Positions 1-8,863 of a DNA stretch of 20,000 nt are shown one piece after another. The first letter of the stretch is position 1; each line of letters starts with the position of its first letter. Made by a program: the position numbers and the translations under genes. This DNA is from an uncultured virus (IMG/VR IMGVR_UViG_3300021197_000608). Lineage: Duplodnaviria > Heunggongvirae > Uroviricota > Caudoviricetes. The notes beneath the pieces are model-generated. The model did no database searches. It worked only from the letters and a program-made list of their open reading frames with translations, and had not been told where the DNA came from. The DNA lies in the IMG/VR virus record IMGVR_UViG_3300021197_000608; one strand, 5' to 3'.

Positions 1-1
1 G

Positions 2-3000
2 CTCATCAACCTTAATTACAATAGCATATTCAGCATCGTCTTTAAGATACACTGGTGAGTCAAACTCAAAAGTTGTAGAAGAAGAAGCATCAGTTGAAAC
101 ATTAATCTCTTCTGGTTTCAGAACTTTTTGTGCAAGTACTTTGTTTGATGGGTGTCCATCGACAGTATCAGTTAACTGAACATATACAGGTCGTGTACCA
201 GCAGTTTGGAAGAACAAGTCAACTTTAGTAACGAATGCACCTTCTTCACCTTGGTTAATAAATGTCTGTGCAAGTGGATCATGACCCCTACCTCTAGGCG
301 GAGGCGGAGGCGGTGGATCAGCAACAAACGAACTTGCAATTTGTCTACTAGATGTATTAACACCACCACGAAGTTCTCTACTAACAGTTCTTTCTCTTTG
401 AACTCTATCACGAACAAACTCTGCTTTTCTTACATTAAGAATTGTTTGTTCTCTCTCTTCTGCGATACCAGTTGCAGAATAAATTCTTTCTGCAGCTGAT
501 GTAAACGCACCAGTTGTTTTTTCGTTATTGACATTATCAATAAGTCTGAATACTCTTTCACCAGTTCTGAAGCGAAGTGCATCTGTATTTGGAAGATAGA
601 AAACTCCACTAAATTGACCAATAGAATTAGTTACTAGATTGGAAGAGTTTGTAAATACTGATGGGTTGGTTGTTGTTGAGGTGCCACCATTAATTTCTGT
701 AATAGTAACTTGGTTAACCCCACCACCATTTACACTTTTTCTACTTACTGTACCAGTACAAACATCACTTATGGCAAATCCATTGATTATGTTTGTTGCG
801 TATACTTCTCTAACTGAAGTACTGCCTGGCCCTTCCATTGCAACGTGACAAGAAGCCTGAAGTCTTTGACAAGAACCACCAGATGAGTATGAACTAACAG
901 TACCCAACACACTACCATCAATATTTGTAATTGTAAAGGTATTTGCCGAAGTATTAACAGAAGTAACAAGATAATTATTTTGTAAAGAATTTCTAAAGTT
1001 CAATTGTGTTGAACCACTAATACTACTAAGTTGTACATGGTGTCCAGGCCGTATACCTGATACACTTGCAACGGTTATTGTTGCAACAGTCGTACTGTTT
1101 TTAACAACACCAGAAATATTAGTTGCAGTTTGAGTTTGGTTACGAATAATGTCACCATAGTTAAATGCATTTGCAAAATCATCTTCACCGTCTGTAAAAC
1201 GAGCAGAGTCAGTACTACCACTTGAGCCAGGCGATTGAATATCTTTAGGACTAAATCTAATGTTTGAACCATTGACTTTGAAAATATCAGCAGGACGAAC
1301 AAAGTTACTTACATCTTCATTATCAAAGAATGCATGAACTCTTGTTTTTGGTTTTAGGTTTCCTACATTTACAGATATTGGTCGAGAACGCATGAAAGGA
1401 ATCATAGAGATACTAGTAATTCTATCTCCAAGATTATTTGATTCTACTGTAGACTGCATAGTAGTTCTAATACCAGAACTAACTTGTCCTACTTGTTGTG
1501 AGAACACCTGTCTACTCTGAACTGTTTGTGTGGTTGTAAATTGTGTACCACCACGAACTCTTTGGGCTGAAGTATTATTTCTACGAGATAGAACTTCTGT
1601 TCTAGTTGGAACTCTACGTCCATACCAGTTATCCTGCCATGAATTCCATACTGTTCCTGTTACACCAGCTGCATCTGCAAGTTCACGAATAACATCAAAG
1701 TTATTATCATCATTCACAATTACGTCTGGGCGACGTTCAACATCATTCCAATCATCCGAATATGGAACTAAGAAAATCTCACCAGTAAATGGTGCAACCT
1801 TATATGGGTTTGTATCAAAACTATCTGAAGCAAATGGATTCTTGATATGTTCTTCTGATGTATATGGAAGAGTAACAATTCCGTCTGGATGCATTGTATA
1901 ATTTGCAGAAGATCTACTTGCATCACTGGTAACAGATTCAAGCAACTGTACATTATCAGTAAATGCCTTTGGACGAGCTTCACGTTCTGTCATGTCAACT
2001 GCGATATTGTAATCTTTATTCTGAATATCACCAATAATGTGTCCAGTAAAGTTGTCTACAACAAAACCATTCTTTAGTCTATCAAATCCAGCAGAGTCCT
2101 TAATTACCAGATCAGCAGTTTCTTTTTCTAGAAGGTTGAGTGAAGTGTAGTATTCTAGATTTGAAATTCTCTTATCTAACTTACCAATGTCACGCATTGT
2201 GTATCTACGATTATCAAGTTTAGTAACTTGAACTTCATTCAACGACACGACATATGGTTCATAAACCATTTCAAATAGAACCATTCCACTGTCTGGTTGT
2301 TGTGGTTTCTGTGGATCAAGAGCTGGTACACCTTGGATAATATCAAATCTTCCAAGTCTATCCATAAACATAATATCCATTCTTGCGAGGAAGAATGAGA
2401 AGTCTGCTTCCATGTTTGTACCGATAGCAGGAAGTTCTGAAACAACAGCAGTTGCATTTGTAAAGTTTGCACCAGTGTCATCAATACGAGGTCTAAAGTC
2501 GATACAGTCTCTTAGTTCAAAGAAACTACCATCACCGTTTGCAGATGTGTAAGTTGGAATATTAACATAGTCTACAACACCATCATAGGAGTCAACAGAA
2601 AAGTAATCACCAGCACCATGTGTAAAGAAATCGAATGTAACACGCAATGCACCAGTTGGAGCTGGTTGTCCTGGCTTTAGTTTAATTCTTGCGAGATCAT
2701 AGAATGCATCTCTTTGTCCACCATCAAAATCATATCTATCTGTGATATCAATTGCACCAGAAGTTGCATACGCACCAAATCCACTGGGTTGCATTGAAAC
2801 ACTTGTAAGTTTAAATCCATCTGCTTTTCCAAGTGTAACCTCTGTTGATTGTACTGAAGTTTGACCAGTGATATCAACTGTAGCAGCAGACTGAAGTGTT
2901 TTAGTTTTTTCTGTAGCGTCATTTGCAGATACACGAATAGATGCAATCAATGTAACGGTGTCACCATTTGCCAATACATTAGTAATACCAGCATTAAGTC

Positions 3001-4993
3001 CACTAAATGTTATTGTTCTATCCGAACCACTCAATCCCATTTTTGCACTGGTGATATCAACAATGTCTCCAGCTGAACGAGGACTTGCCCCTGTTGCAAC
3101 AACAAGAGTATAGTTTCTCAAGTCTGAAATAGGTCTGAATGTTTCATCTGAACCAGCAACTGTAAATGAAACTGAGTTTGTTGATACGGTTGCAGGCGCA
3201 AACTTTCGTCTTACTGTATATGCAGTAGACTTTTCATTGTCTGGATTTGAAGTGGAGTCACCACGAATTTTTCTAACTCTGAAAAAGTTTGTTGGGAATA
3301 CAAGTAACTTTTGATCTGGACGAACAAGTTCTGCTTTAAATCTTTTGATTGTACCACCAGAGACAGCAGCTGCACCATTAGCATCTAGTGTAATTGCTTG
3401 TTGTCCACCAATACTTGCGACAGAACCAATGAGTGTGTCGTTGAGGAAAATAACATCACCAGTTTCAACTTCTTGTAAGAATACTGTACCAACACCAGTA
3501 ATGGTAGTACTACCTGTTGTAGATGTTGCAGTACCAGTTAGTGATACGAGTGTAGGACTTATGTTTGCAGTAAAGGTTGAACCAACATTATCTACAGATT
3601 TCACATCTCTTTCAAAATCGAAACCAGCATTCATGTTGATATCGAAGAGTCCAAGTTTAAATTTCTTTGTCGCAAGTGTACCCTGATAGTCACCATCGTG
3701 TAGAATAAATGAACGAGCTCTTGCAGAACCAATCTGTGTATTCTGTCCTAAATCTTCATACAATCTGATAACTTCAAACTCATCAATCTCTGGTACACCA
3801 GACACAGCTGTTACGAGAACAAAATTACCGATTGGTGTTTGAATTGGTTTATCGTTAACACGACCAAATGTTCTTGGTTTATCAGTCTTGACAAACTGAG
3901 TTGTCATAGTTTCTAATTCATAACCTTCAACATATGCTTTGCCAGGCTCAACTGCGAATACTAATTTAGATTCCTCACCACCAGAAGCCTGAGTATAGAT
4001 ACCACGGTTTGTTCCATCGTTTAAATGTTCACGAGTTTCAGAAAGGAATGGACGAACTTCATAGTTACCACTTTCATCAAATGTTCTACGAGCAAGTGTA
4101 TGTTCCAACTCAGCATAGTCTGCATACTTTTTAAACTTTTCAACAGTACCCTGATTAACACGAGCAAGTTCGATGAAGTCTGTGTCATCAGTTGCAGTAA
4201 GAGTTTTCTTTGATAGGGTAAGGTTGATTTTAAATCTGTGAGCGCCTGGCGCATTTGTGTTTGATGTTCCAGTTGCATTATCTAGAAGAGATGAATCCTC
4301 TTCAGGTGAAACAAAACTTTCTGCAATAGTCCAACCAACTCTATAAGAAGGAGTTGAACTATACTTGTCTAAAAGTATAACCTGTTCTGAATTTTCTACA
4401 AAGAAACCATTGACAAAGTAAACACCTTTGTGTACAAGTATAGCAGAACCAGTTCCTACTGGGGCGTTTGTCGATTGAATATTTGCACCAAGTTCTGTTA
4501 TTTGATTTGTTGTTAGTAATGGGTTTAGTACAGTTGTATTATCAGCATTAGTTGAAAGAACAGTTTCACCAGATGCAAATGTTTTTGTCTCTCCATCTGT
4601 ACCACTATCTTCATACTTGAAATATATTGTTAAAGGATCATCACCAGAAGCTGCAACTGTACCAATTACTTTTGCTTTGACACCAGTTGTTTGTCCAGTA
4701 ATAATTTTGTTTTGAAAATCTGTTCTATAACCTTCAACATCTTGTGCATTGTAAATTGATTCAACTTTAAGATATTCATATTCCATGTCGATATTAATAT
4801 CGCCTGGAATTACCATAGAACCTTGTTCAAAAACATGTTCACCAAAGTTATTAAGTTGTCTTTGGATTATAGTTTGTAATTGTGTAAGTTCACGAGCCTG
4901 AATTGAAAAGCCAGGACGAAACATAACACGATGAAAGTTCTTGGTTGAATCAAAGTCATCATAGTATGGGTTTACGTTGAAGTTAGTAGCCAT
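2..4993 (-). CDS. Large virion structural protein, VrlC/DUF4815-like (3' end outside window, >=1664 aa)
   Basis: Not in the ORF track because no stop falls in the window. ATG at 4993 with AGGA upstream. N-terminus MATNFNVNPYYDDFDSTKNFHRVMFRPGFSIQARELTQLQTIIQRQ matches the 'PYYDDF...FRPG..QARELTQLQ' start of T4-like phage VrlC/DUF4815 proteins. The same frame at the left edge reads DPLAQTF...VTKVDLFF...FEFDSPVYLKDDAEYAIVIKVDE. Frame checked at both ends and several internal points, not at every codon. Confidence 0.88.
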   Translation of the reverse strand, partial: MATNFNVNPYYDDFDSTKNFHRVMFRPGFSIQARELTQLQTIIQRQLNNFGEHVFEQGSMVIPGDINIDMEYEYLKVESIYNAQDVEGYRTDFQNKIITGQTTGVKAKVIGTVAASGDDPLTIYFKYEDSGTDGETKTFASGETVLSTNADNTTVLNPLLTTNQITELGANIQSTNAPVGTGSAILVHKGVYFVNGFFVENSEQVILLDKYSSTPSYRVGWTIAESFVSPEEDSSLLDNATGTSNTNAPGAHRFKINLTLSKKTLTATDDTDFIELARVNQGTVEKFKKYADYAELEHTLARRTFDESGNYEVRPFLSETREHLNDGTNRGIYTQASGGEESKLVFAVEPGKAYVEGYELETMTTQFVKTDKPRTFGRVNDKPIQTPIGNFVLVTAVSGVPEIDEFEVIRLYEDLGQNTQIGSARARSFILHDGDYQGTLATKKFKLGLFDINMNAGFDFERDVKSVDNVGSTFTANISPTLVSLTGTATSTTGSTTITGVGTVFLQEVETGDVIFLNDTLIGSVASIGGQQAITLDANGAAAVSGGTIKRFKAELVRPDQKLLVFPTNFFRVRKIRGDSTSNPDNEKSTAYTVRRKFAPATVSTNSVSFTVAGSDETFRPISDLRNYTLVVATGASPRSAGDIVDITSAKMGLSGSDRTITFSGLNAGITNVLANGDTVTLIASIRVSANDATEKTKTLQSAATVDITGQTSVQSTEVTLGKADGFKLTSVSMQPSGFGAYATSGAIDITDRYDFDGGQRDAFYDLARIKLKPGQPAPTGALRVTFDFFTHGAGDYFSVDSYDGVVDYVNIPTYTSANGDGSFFELRDCIDFRPRIDDTGANFTNATAVVSELPAIGTNMEADFSFFLARMDIMFMDRLGRFDIIQGVPALDPQKPQQPDSGMVLFEMVYEPYVVSLNEVQVTKLDNRRYTMRDIGKLDKRISNLEYYTSLNLLEKETADLVIKDSAGFDRLKNGFVVDNFTGHIIGDIQNKDYNIAVDMTEREARPKAFTDNVQLLESVTSDASRSSANYTMHPDGIVTLPYTSEEHIKNPFASDSFDTNPYKVAPFTGEIFLVPYSDDWNDVERRPDVIVNDDNNFDVIRELADAAGVTGTVWNSWQDNWYGRRVPTRTEVLSRRNNTSAQRVRGGTQFTTTQTVQSRQVFSQQVGQVSSGIRTTMQSTVESNNLGDRITSISMIPFMRSRPISVNVGNLKPKTRVHAFFDNEDVSNFVRPADIFKVNGSNIRFSPKDIQSPGSSGSTDSARFTDGEDDFANAFNYGDIIRNQTQTATNISGVVKNSTTVATITVASVSGIRPGHHVQLSSISGSTQLNFRNSLQNNYLVTSVNTSANTFTITNIDGSVLGTVSSYSSGGSCQRLQASCHVAMEGPGSTSVREVYATNIINGFAISDVCTGTVSRKSVNGGGVNQVTITEINGGTSTTTNPSVFTNSSNLVTNSIGQFSGVFYLPNTDALRFRTGERVFRLIDNVNNEKTTGAFTSAAERIYSATGIAEEREQTILNVRKAEFVRDRVQRERTVSRELRGGVNTSSRQIASSFVADPPPPPPPRGRGHDPLAQTFINQGEEGAFVTKVDLFFQTAGTRPVYVQLTDTVDGHPSNKVLAQKVLKPEEINVSTDASSSTTFEFDSPVYLKDDAEYAIVIKVDE

Positions 4994-5015
4994 TTATTTC
5001 ACATTCCTATTATGA

Positions 5016-6581
5016 TTAGAATTCGACAACAATTTTTATATCTTCTGTTTGGTCAGAAGCACGAGAAATTGGTCTACGATTTTCTACATAAATTAATTTT
5101 CCACTATCTGGTTCTAGTTCTGGAAGGGCAAACCCTCCACCACCAGATGTGAATGCAATAGATCCACCATTACTTAGTGTTTCCGTTGGTGATGTATTTG
5201 CTGGAGTTCCAGCAGCACCAGATGTGCCACCTGTAATAGTATTAGTTCCAGTAAATGCAATGTATTGTTGATATGTCGAAGATGAACTATTTGAATTAAT
5301 GCCATAGTTTAAAAACTGTTCTTGTTGATAGTAAAGAATATTATTCGTAGCATCAAACTCAACAACCCTACCAGTTGCATTATTAGTTGCTTGTGTAATC
5401 TTTTCATCTGGTTCAAATGTTCCAGTAGCAGAAGAAAATTTTACTGCATATGTTAATCTTGTTTGAGTTGCAGTTGCAGCTGTTGTTGTACCAGCGTTTG
5501 TTGGGTTTACAAGAATACCAACTTCTCTAAAATCATTTCCAATTGCAAAGTCATCAGTTTCAGTTTGTTCTAACTTAGTATTCATCATTACAAAGTGTCC
5601 ACCAAGTTCTTCTTGTCCACTGAAACCGTGTCCAACTTTTGGTGAGATGATGGGTAATATTACACCATTAGAACCACTACCAATTGTTGTTGCAGTTGAT
5701 AAGTTTGCATCTTTATAAACTTCACCTAGATTTACTACACCATAAGTGTAGTTCTGTCCAGCAGCTTCAATTTGTGTATTCGTTGTTGCGTTAGAACCGA
5801 AAGGTTTAATCTCTCCACCAACCACAACAATCTTAACTTTACCAGAAATACCATCACCACGAATAGGTGAATAATAGATACCGCCTGGCCCACCAGCACC
5901 ATCAGTTCCATTGGTATTGGAATAACCAGAACCAGAAGTAACTCTAACAACTTTGATAGGAGCACCTGAATATGGTGCAGTGTCACCTGATGCTGTCACT
6001 GCATCAGCAGAAACAGTTGCGTCTGTTTTCACTGGCATAAAATCTGTTGTAACAAACTTTTGAACTTCAGAAGTTGTAAGTGTATACATGTACTGAAGAT
6101 AGTAACCACCTTCAAAGAATGGTGTAGATGAAGTTGATGTTGGCCCATTTGCACCAGCAGCAATGGGTGCTCCATTATTATTGTCTAGTACTTTATAGAC
6201 TTTATACTCAGAAGTCATAAAGAAATACTTTCCATCATATAAGTTAATCGCACCAGACTGTGCTGGGTTGGTTGTTGTTATATCATGTTCGTACATGTCA
6301 TAAACTGTTCCGTTAACATAGTTCCTACGAGGAACACAAAACGAAACGTCAGTAGATCCAATTCTTTTGGCAGCAAGCATTGAATCCCACTTATAACTTT
6401 CTACAGTAACAGTATCTTGGGGTGCTGGTGGTGTTGTATCTGTACCACCAGTTGTTGTTGTAGTAAAGGGTGTTGCCTTACCAATGAATAGATAATAGTT
6501 TGATGCAGCTGCTTCTGAAAAAGATTCCAAAAACTGTTCTGCATTATGTTGTCTGAATTTTTCAGTAATAATTGCTGCCAT
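5016..6581 (-). CDS. gp8: Baseplate wedge subunit, T4 gp8-like (521 aa)
   Basis: MAAIITEKFR start, YYLFIGK, W..MLAAKRI, YKVYKVLDNN, YMYT, DFMPV and the C-terminus SGKLIYVENRRPISRASDQTEDIKIVVEF typical of gp8 in T4-like phages. Confidence 0.92.
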   Translation of the reverse strand: MAAIITEKFRQHNAEQFLESFSEAAASNYYLFIGKATPFTTTTTGGTDTTPPAPQDTVTVESYKWDSMLAAKRIGSTDVSFCVPRRNYVNGTVYDMYEHDITTTNPAQSGAINLYDGKYFFMTSEYKVYKVLDNNNGAPIAAGANGPTSTSSTPFFEGGYYLQYMYTLTTSEVQKFVTTDFMPVKTDATVSADAVTASGDTAPYSGAPIKVVRVTSGSGYSNTNGTDGAGGPGGIYYSPIRGDGISGKVKIVVVGGEIKPFGSNATTNTQIEAAGQNYTYGVVNLGEVYKDANLSTATTIGSGSNGVILPIISPKVGHGFSGQEELGGHFVMMNTKLEQTETDDFAIGNDFREVGILVNPTNAGTTTAATATQTRLTYAVKFSSATGTFEPDEKITQATNNATGRVVEFDATNNILYYQQEQFLNYGINSNSSSSTYQQYIAFTGTNTITGGTSGAAGTPANTSPTETLSNGGSIAFTSGGGGFALPELEPDSGKLIYVENRRPISRASDQTEDIKIVVEF

Positions 6582-6599
6582 TGTTTTTTCCTATAATAT

Positions 6600-6607
6600 T
6601 ATTTATT
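6600..6607 (-). promoter_or_regulatory. Possible variant T4 late promoter (AATAAATA) upstream of gp8
   Basis: One mismatch to TATAAATA, 18 nt upstream of the gp8 ATG, overlapping the stop codon of the upstream small ORF. Confidence 0.5.
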
Positions 6608-6776
6608 CTGCATCTTTAATGGTTAATGTACCAGCATCAACTTGTTTTAATATCTCTGCATAGTGCCTGTTACTTGCAACTAAAGGAACAGAAATGTGTA
6701 CACCTTCTGTTTCACAATTAATTGCACAGTTTTCTCCAGATGCATTTTTAATATATTGTGCGTTTTCTATTTTCAT
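6603..6776 (-). CDS. Small 57-aa protein, putative tail-fibre-associated assembly chaperone
   Basis: Below the track cutoff. Translated by hand: MKIENAQYIKNASGENCAINCETEGVHISVPLVASNRHYAEILKQVDAGTLTIKDAE*. Starts 2 nt after the fibre gene stop and fills the gap. The 'VP....NRHYAEIL.QV.AGTLTI.DA' motif resembles small proteins that follow this fibre type in marine phages. Confidence 0.8.
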   Translation of the reverse strand: MKIENAQYIKNASGENCAINCETEGVHISVPLVASNRHYAEILKQVDAGTLTIKDAE

Positions 6777-6778
6777 AT

Positions 6779-7984
6779 CTATAACTCCGCATCCAATGCT
6801 ACATACGCCCCAGATGCATTATTTGCCCTCACTGCACCAGAACTTCCAGCACCAGCACTTACAGAACCAAAAGCATTACAATAAAACTGTCCATGTATTG
6901 TTCCGTCATCTATACCTGTGTCTACCGAAAAGGTGGAAAGTGCAGTATTAGTATTTTTAACCCATAACGCATAGTTACCAACAGTTCCAGTTGTTTCAAG
7001 AGCTGGTATTCCTCTCATTGTGGTTACTAAAGGAATAGCAACTGTTCCATATGAAGTTCCACCAACATCTGCTCCAATAAAAACCAAACCAAAATGCTTA
7101 TAATTGTCACTAGCAGCTTTTGTTTTTTGATAATATCTACTACACCTAAGCAACTCATCTCCGAATGATCGGTGAGTAAAATCTGTTGCATTATCGCCTG
7201 GTTCTAGTTTAACTCCAGTAATTCTCCAACTATTAGATGTACTAGCTGCAAGATTGACTTGTCCTACCGCTTTATTAGCGTTAGTATTTGTACCCCAAGC
7301 AGTTTGAAGAGTTCCAGATGTAAATGTAGACCCTGCTGCTAAATACCACAGAATAATTAAACAATTACCATTGGTATTTGCTAGTTCGCCAGTTGTATCC
7401 GCTGGAAAAGTAATTGTCTTCTTCTCCCATGTATTAGCAGTAGAAACAGTATATGACTTACTAACAAAACGATTATTATTATTATCAAATAACTGACAAA
7501 TGTATGTACCAGTTGTAGTTGATTTTACATAAAAACTCATAGTCCATGTATTAGCACTAGATAAACCTTTTTTGAAATGTTGTAAATCTTGACCTTCAAG
7601 TCTTGTTTGTATTGCTAAATCATCATTAGCAGCTGGAGATGCATCTGCTGTAGTGCAATCCATTACTAATGAGTGTGCAAATCCATCTGGTGAATCATTA
7701 GATTGACTCATTGTCCAAACTCCAAGATTGGCATTACTTACTTTCCATCTATCCACAGTATAATAACCACTAGTAGTAATTCCAGTGACGCCATTAGTTC
7801 TTTGAGCCACTGTCATAGCACCATTGATTATTACATTATTATCACCACCAGCGAGTCCAGTAGTTTTTTCTTGTGTGATTGCACCATTAGCAATCTTTGC
7901 AGTAGTGATAGTACCAGCTGCTATGTCAGCGGCTGATACCGCTAAATCGGCAATCGCATTAGAGCCTAATCTATCTAGAGCCAT
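6779..7984 (-). CDS. Tail fibre / receptor-binding-like protein with putative carbohydrate-binding module (401 aa)
   Basis: N-terminal 10-aa repeats (IADLAVSAAD/IAAGTITTAK/IANGAITQEK), then the 'NVIINGAMTVAQR...VDRW...WEKKTITF...ITGVKLE.G..AT.F.HRSFGDELLRCSRYYQK' module common in phage fibre proteins, then a variable C-terminal tip. Confidence 0.75.
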   Translation of the reverse strand: MALDRLGSNAIADLAVSAADIAAGTITTAKIANGAITQEKTTGLAGGDNNVIINGAMTVAQRTNGVTGITTSGYYTVDRWKVSNANLGVWTMSQSNDSPDGFAHSLVMDCTTADASPAANDDLAIQTRLEGQDLQHFKKGLSSANTWTMSFYVKSTTTGTYICQLFDNNNNRFVSKSYTVSTANTWEKKTITFPADTTGELANTNGNCLIILWYLAAGSTFTSGTLQTAWGTNTNANKAVGQVNLAASTSNSWRITGVKLEPGDNATDFTHRSFGDELLRCSRYYQKTKAASDNYKHFGLVFIGADVGGTSYGTVAIPLVTTMRGIPALETTGTVGNYALWVKNTNTALSTFSVDTGIDDGTIHGQFYCNAFGSVSAGAGSSGAVRANNASGAYVALDAEL

Positions 7985-8009
7985 AGGATACCTTCCTTAT
8001 AATTTTATA

Positions 8010-8783
8010 TTACAGAGCGGCGACTGCTGTTTTGAAAGCAGCAAAGTCTGATGCACCAGCAACCAATGTTTTCCAATCTGCAAGTTTATAGTAACCTGTT
8101 ACGGTTGTTGCAGTGACAGTTGTTGCTGCAATAGTACCAGCTGCAGTAATATTACCACCAGTGATTGTCATTGTTCCATCTGTAATTGTTGCTGATGTAA
8201 GTGAAGTCATACCAGCGATAGTTGTTACAGTAGCACCAAGTGCCATGCCAGTTGAACCAAGAGTAATCTGACTGTTTGTAAGTGCAGAGTTTGGTAGTGC
8301 TGTTATTGTATTTGTACCACCACTTATACTTTTATTAGTAAGTGTATCAGTTGATACTCTACTTACCAAAGTTGAGTCTGCACCAGCAGGAAGCAATTGT
8401 ATGTTAGTAACACCAGCTGAGTGTGGTTGACCAAGAAGTTTCTGTCCATGTGAATTTGATTCACAGTTTAGTGTAATTGATCCAGAGTTTGAACCACCAC
8501 CACGAATTTCAACGATTTGGTTTCCAGCAGAAATTTTTAGGTTAGCAGATGATCCTGATTTGATACCACTACTACCATCTATTTCTGGGTCGGTTAAAGT
8601 TTTGTTTGTAAGTGTCTGTGTACCAGTAAACGTAGCAAAGCTATCTGCGCTTAGAGCAGACCCATTACCGAGTTTGGTATAGATTTCTACAAAGTTGGCG
8701 TTGACTTTGCCTGCACCAGTGCGGAGGTCATCACCTGTTCCGTCATTTGCAGCCGAACCACGCCCGATTGATTGATATGCCAT
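8010..8783 (-). CDS. Baseplate/fibre connector with T4 gp9/gp10-like N-terminus and short fibre-like body (257 aa)
   Basis: MAYQSIGRGSAANDGTGDDLRTGAGKVNANFVEIY matches the gp9/gp10 N-terminal motif (DGTGD.LR....K.N.NF.E.Y). It also has T(Q/D)TLTNK repeats and an LNCESNSHG fibre motif. GGAG Shine-Dalgarno and late promoters lie upstream. Confidence 0.75.
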   Translation of the reverse strand: MAYQSIGRGSAANDGTGDDLRTGAGKVNANFVEIYTKLGNGSALSADSFATFTGTQTLTNKTLTDPEIDGSSGIKSGSSANLKISAGNQIVEIRGGGSNSGSITLNCESNSHGQKLLGQPHSAGVTNIQLLPAGADSTLVSRVSTDTLTNKSISGGTNTITALPNSALTNSQITLGSTGMALGATVTTIAGMTSLTSATITDGTMTITGGNITAAGTIAATTVTATTVTGYYKLADWKTLVAGASDFAAFKTAVAAL

Positions 8784-8815
8784 TTCTGGTTTCTCCTATT
8801 AAATTAATATACCTT

Positions 8816-8823
8816 TATTTATA
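8816..8823 (-). promoter_or_regulatory. T4-type late promoter TATAAATA (gp55-dependent)
   Basis: Exact TATAAATA on the minus strand, intergenic, 32 nt upstream of the gp9-like ATG. Confidence 0.8.
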
Positions 8824-8855
8824 CATTTAGGTCAAAGGTATTCTGTGGTTTGAGT

Positions 8856-8863
8856 TATTTATA
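8856..8863 (-). promoter_or_regulatory. Second T4-type late promoter TATAAATA
   Basis: Exact TATAAATA immediately after the gp7-like stop codon, 40 nt upstream of the other copy. Confidence 0.7.

Noticed and set aside
172..4278. Numerous 60-123 aa ORFs on both strands
   Set aside because: They overlap the long VrlC-like frame and have no recognisable motifs; shadow ORFs.
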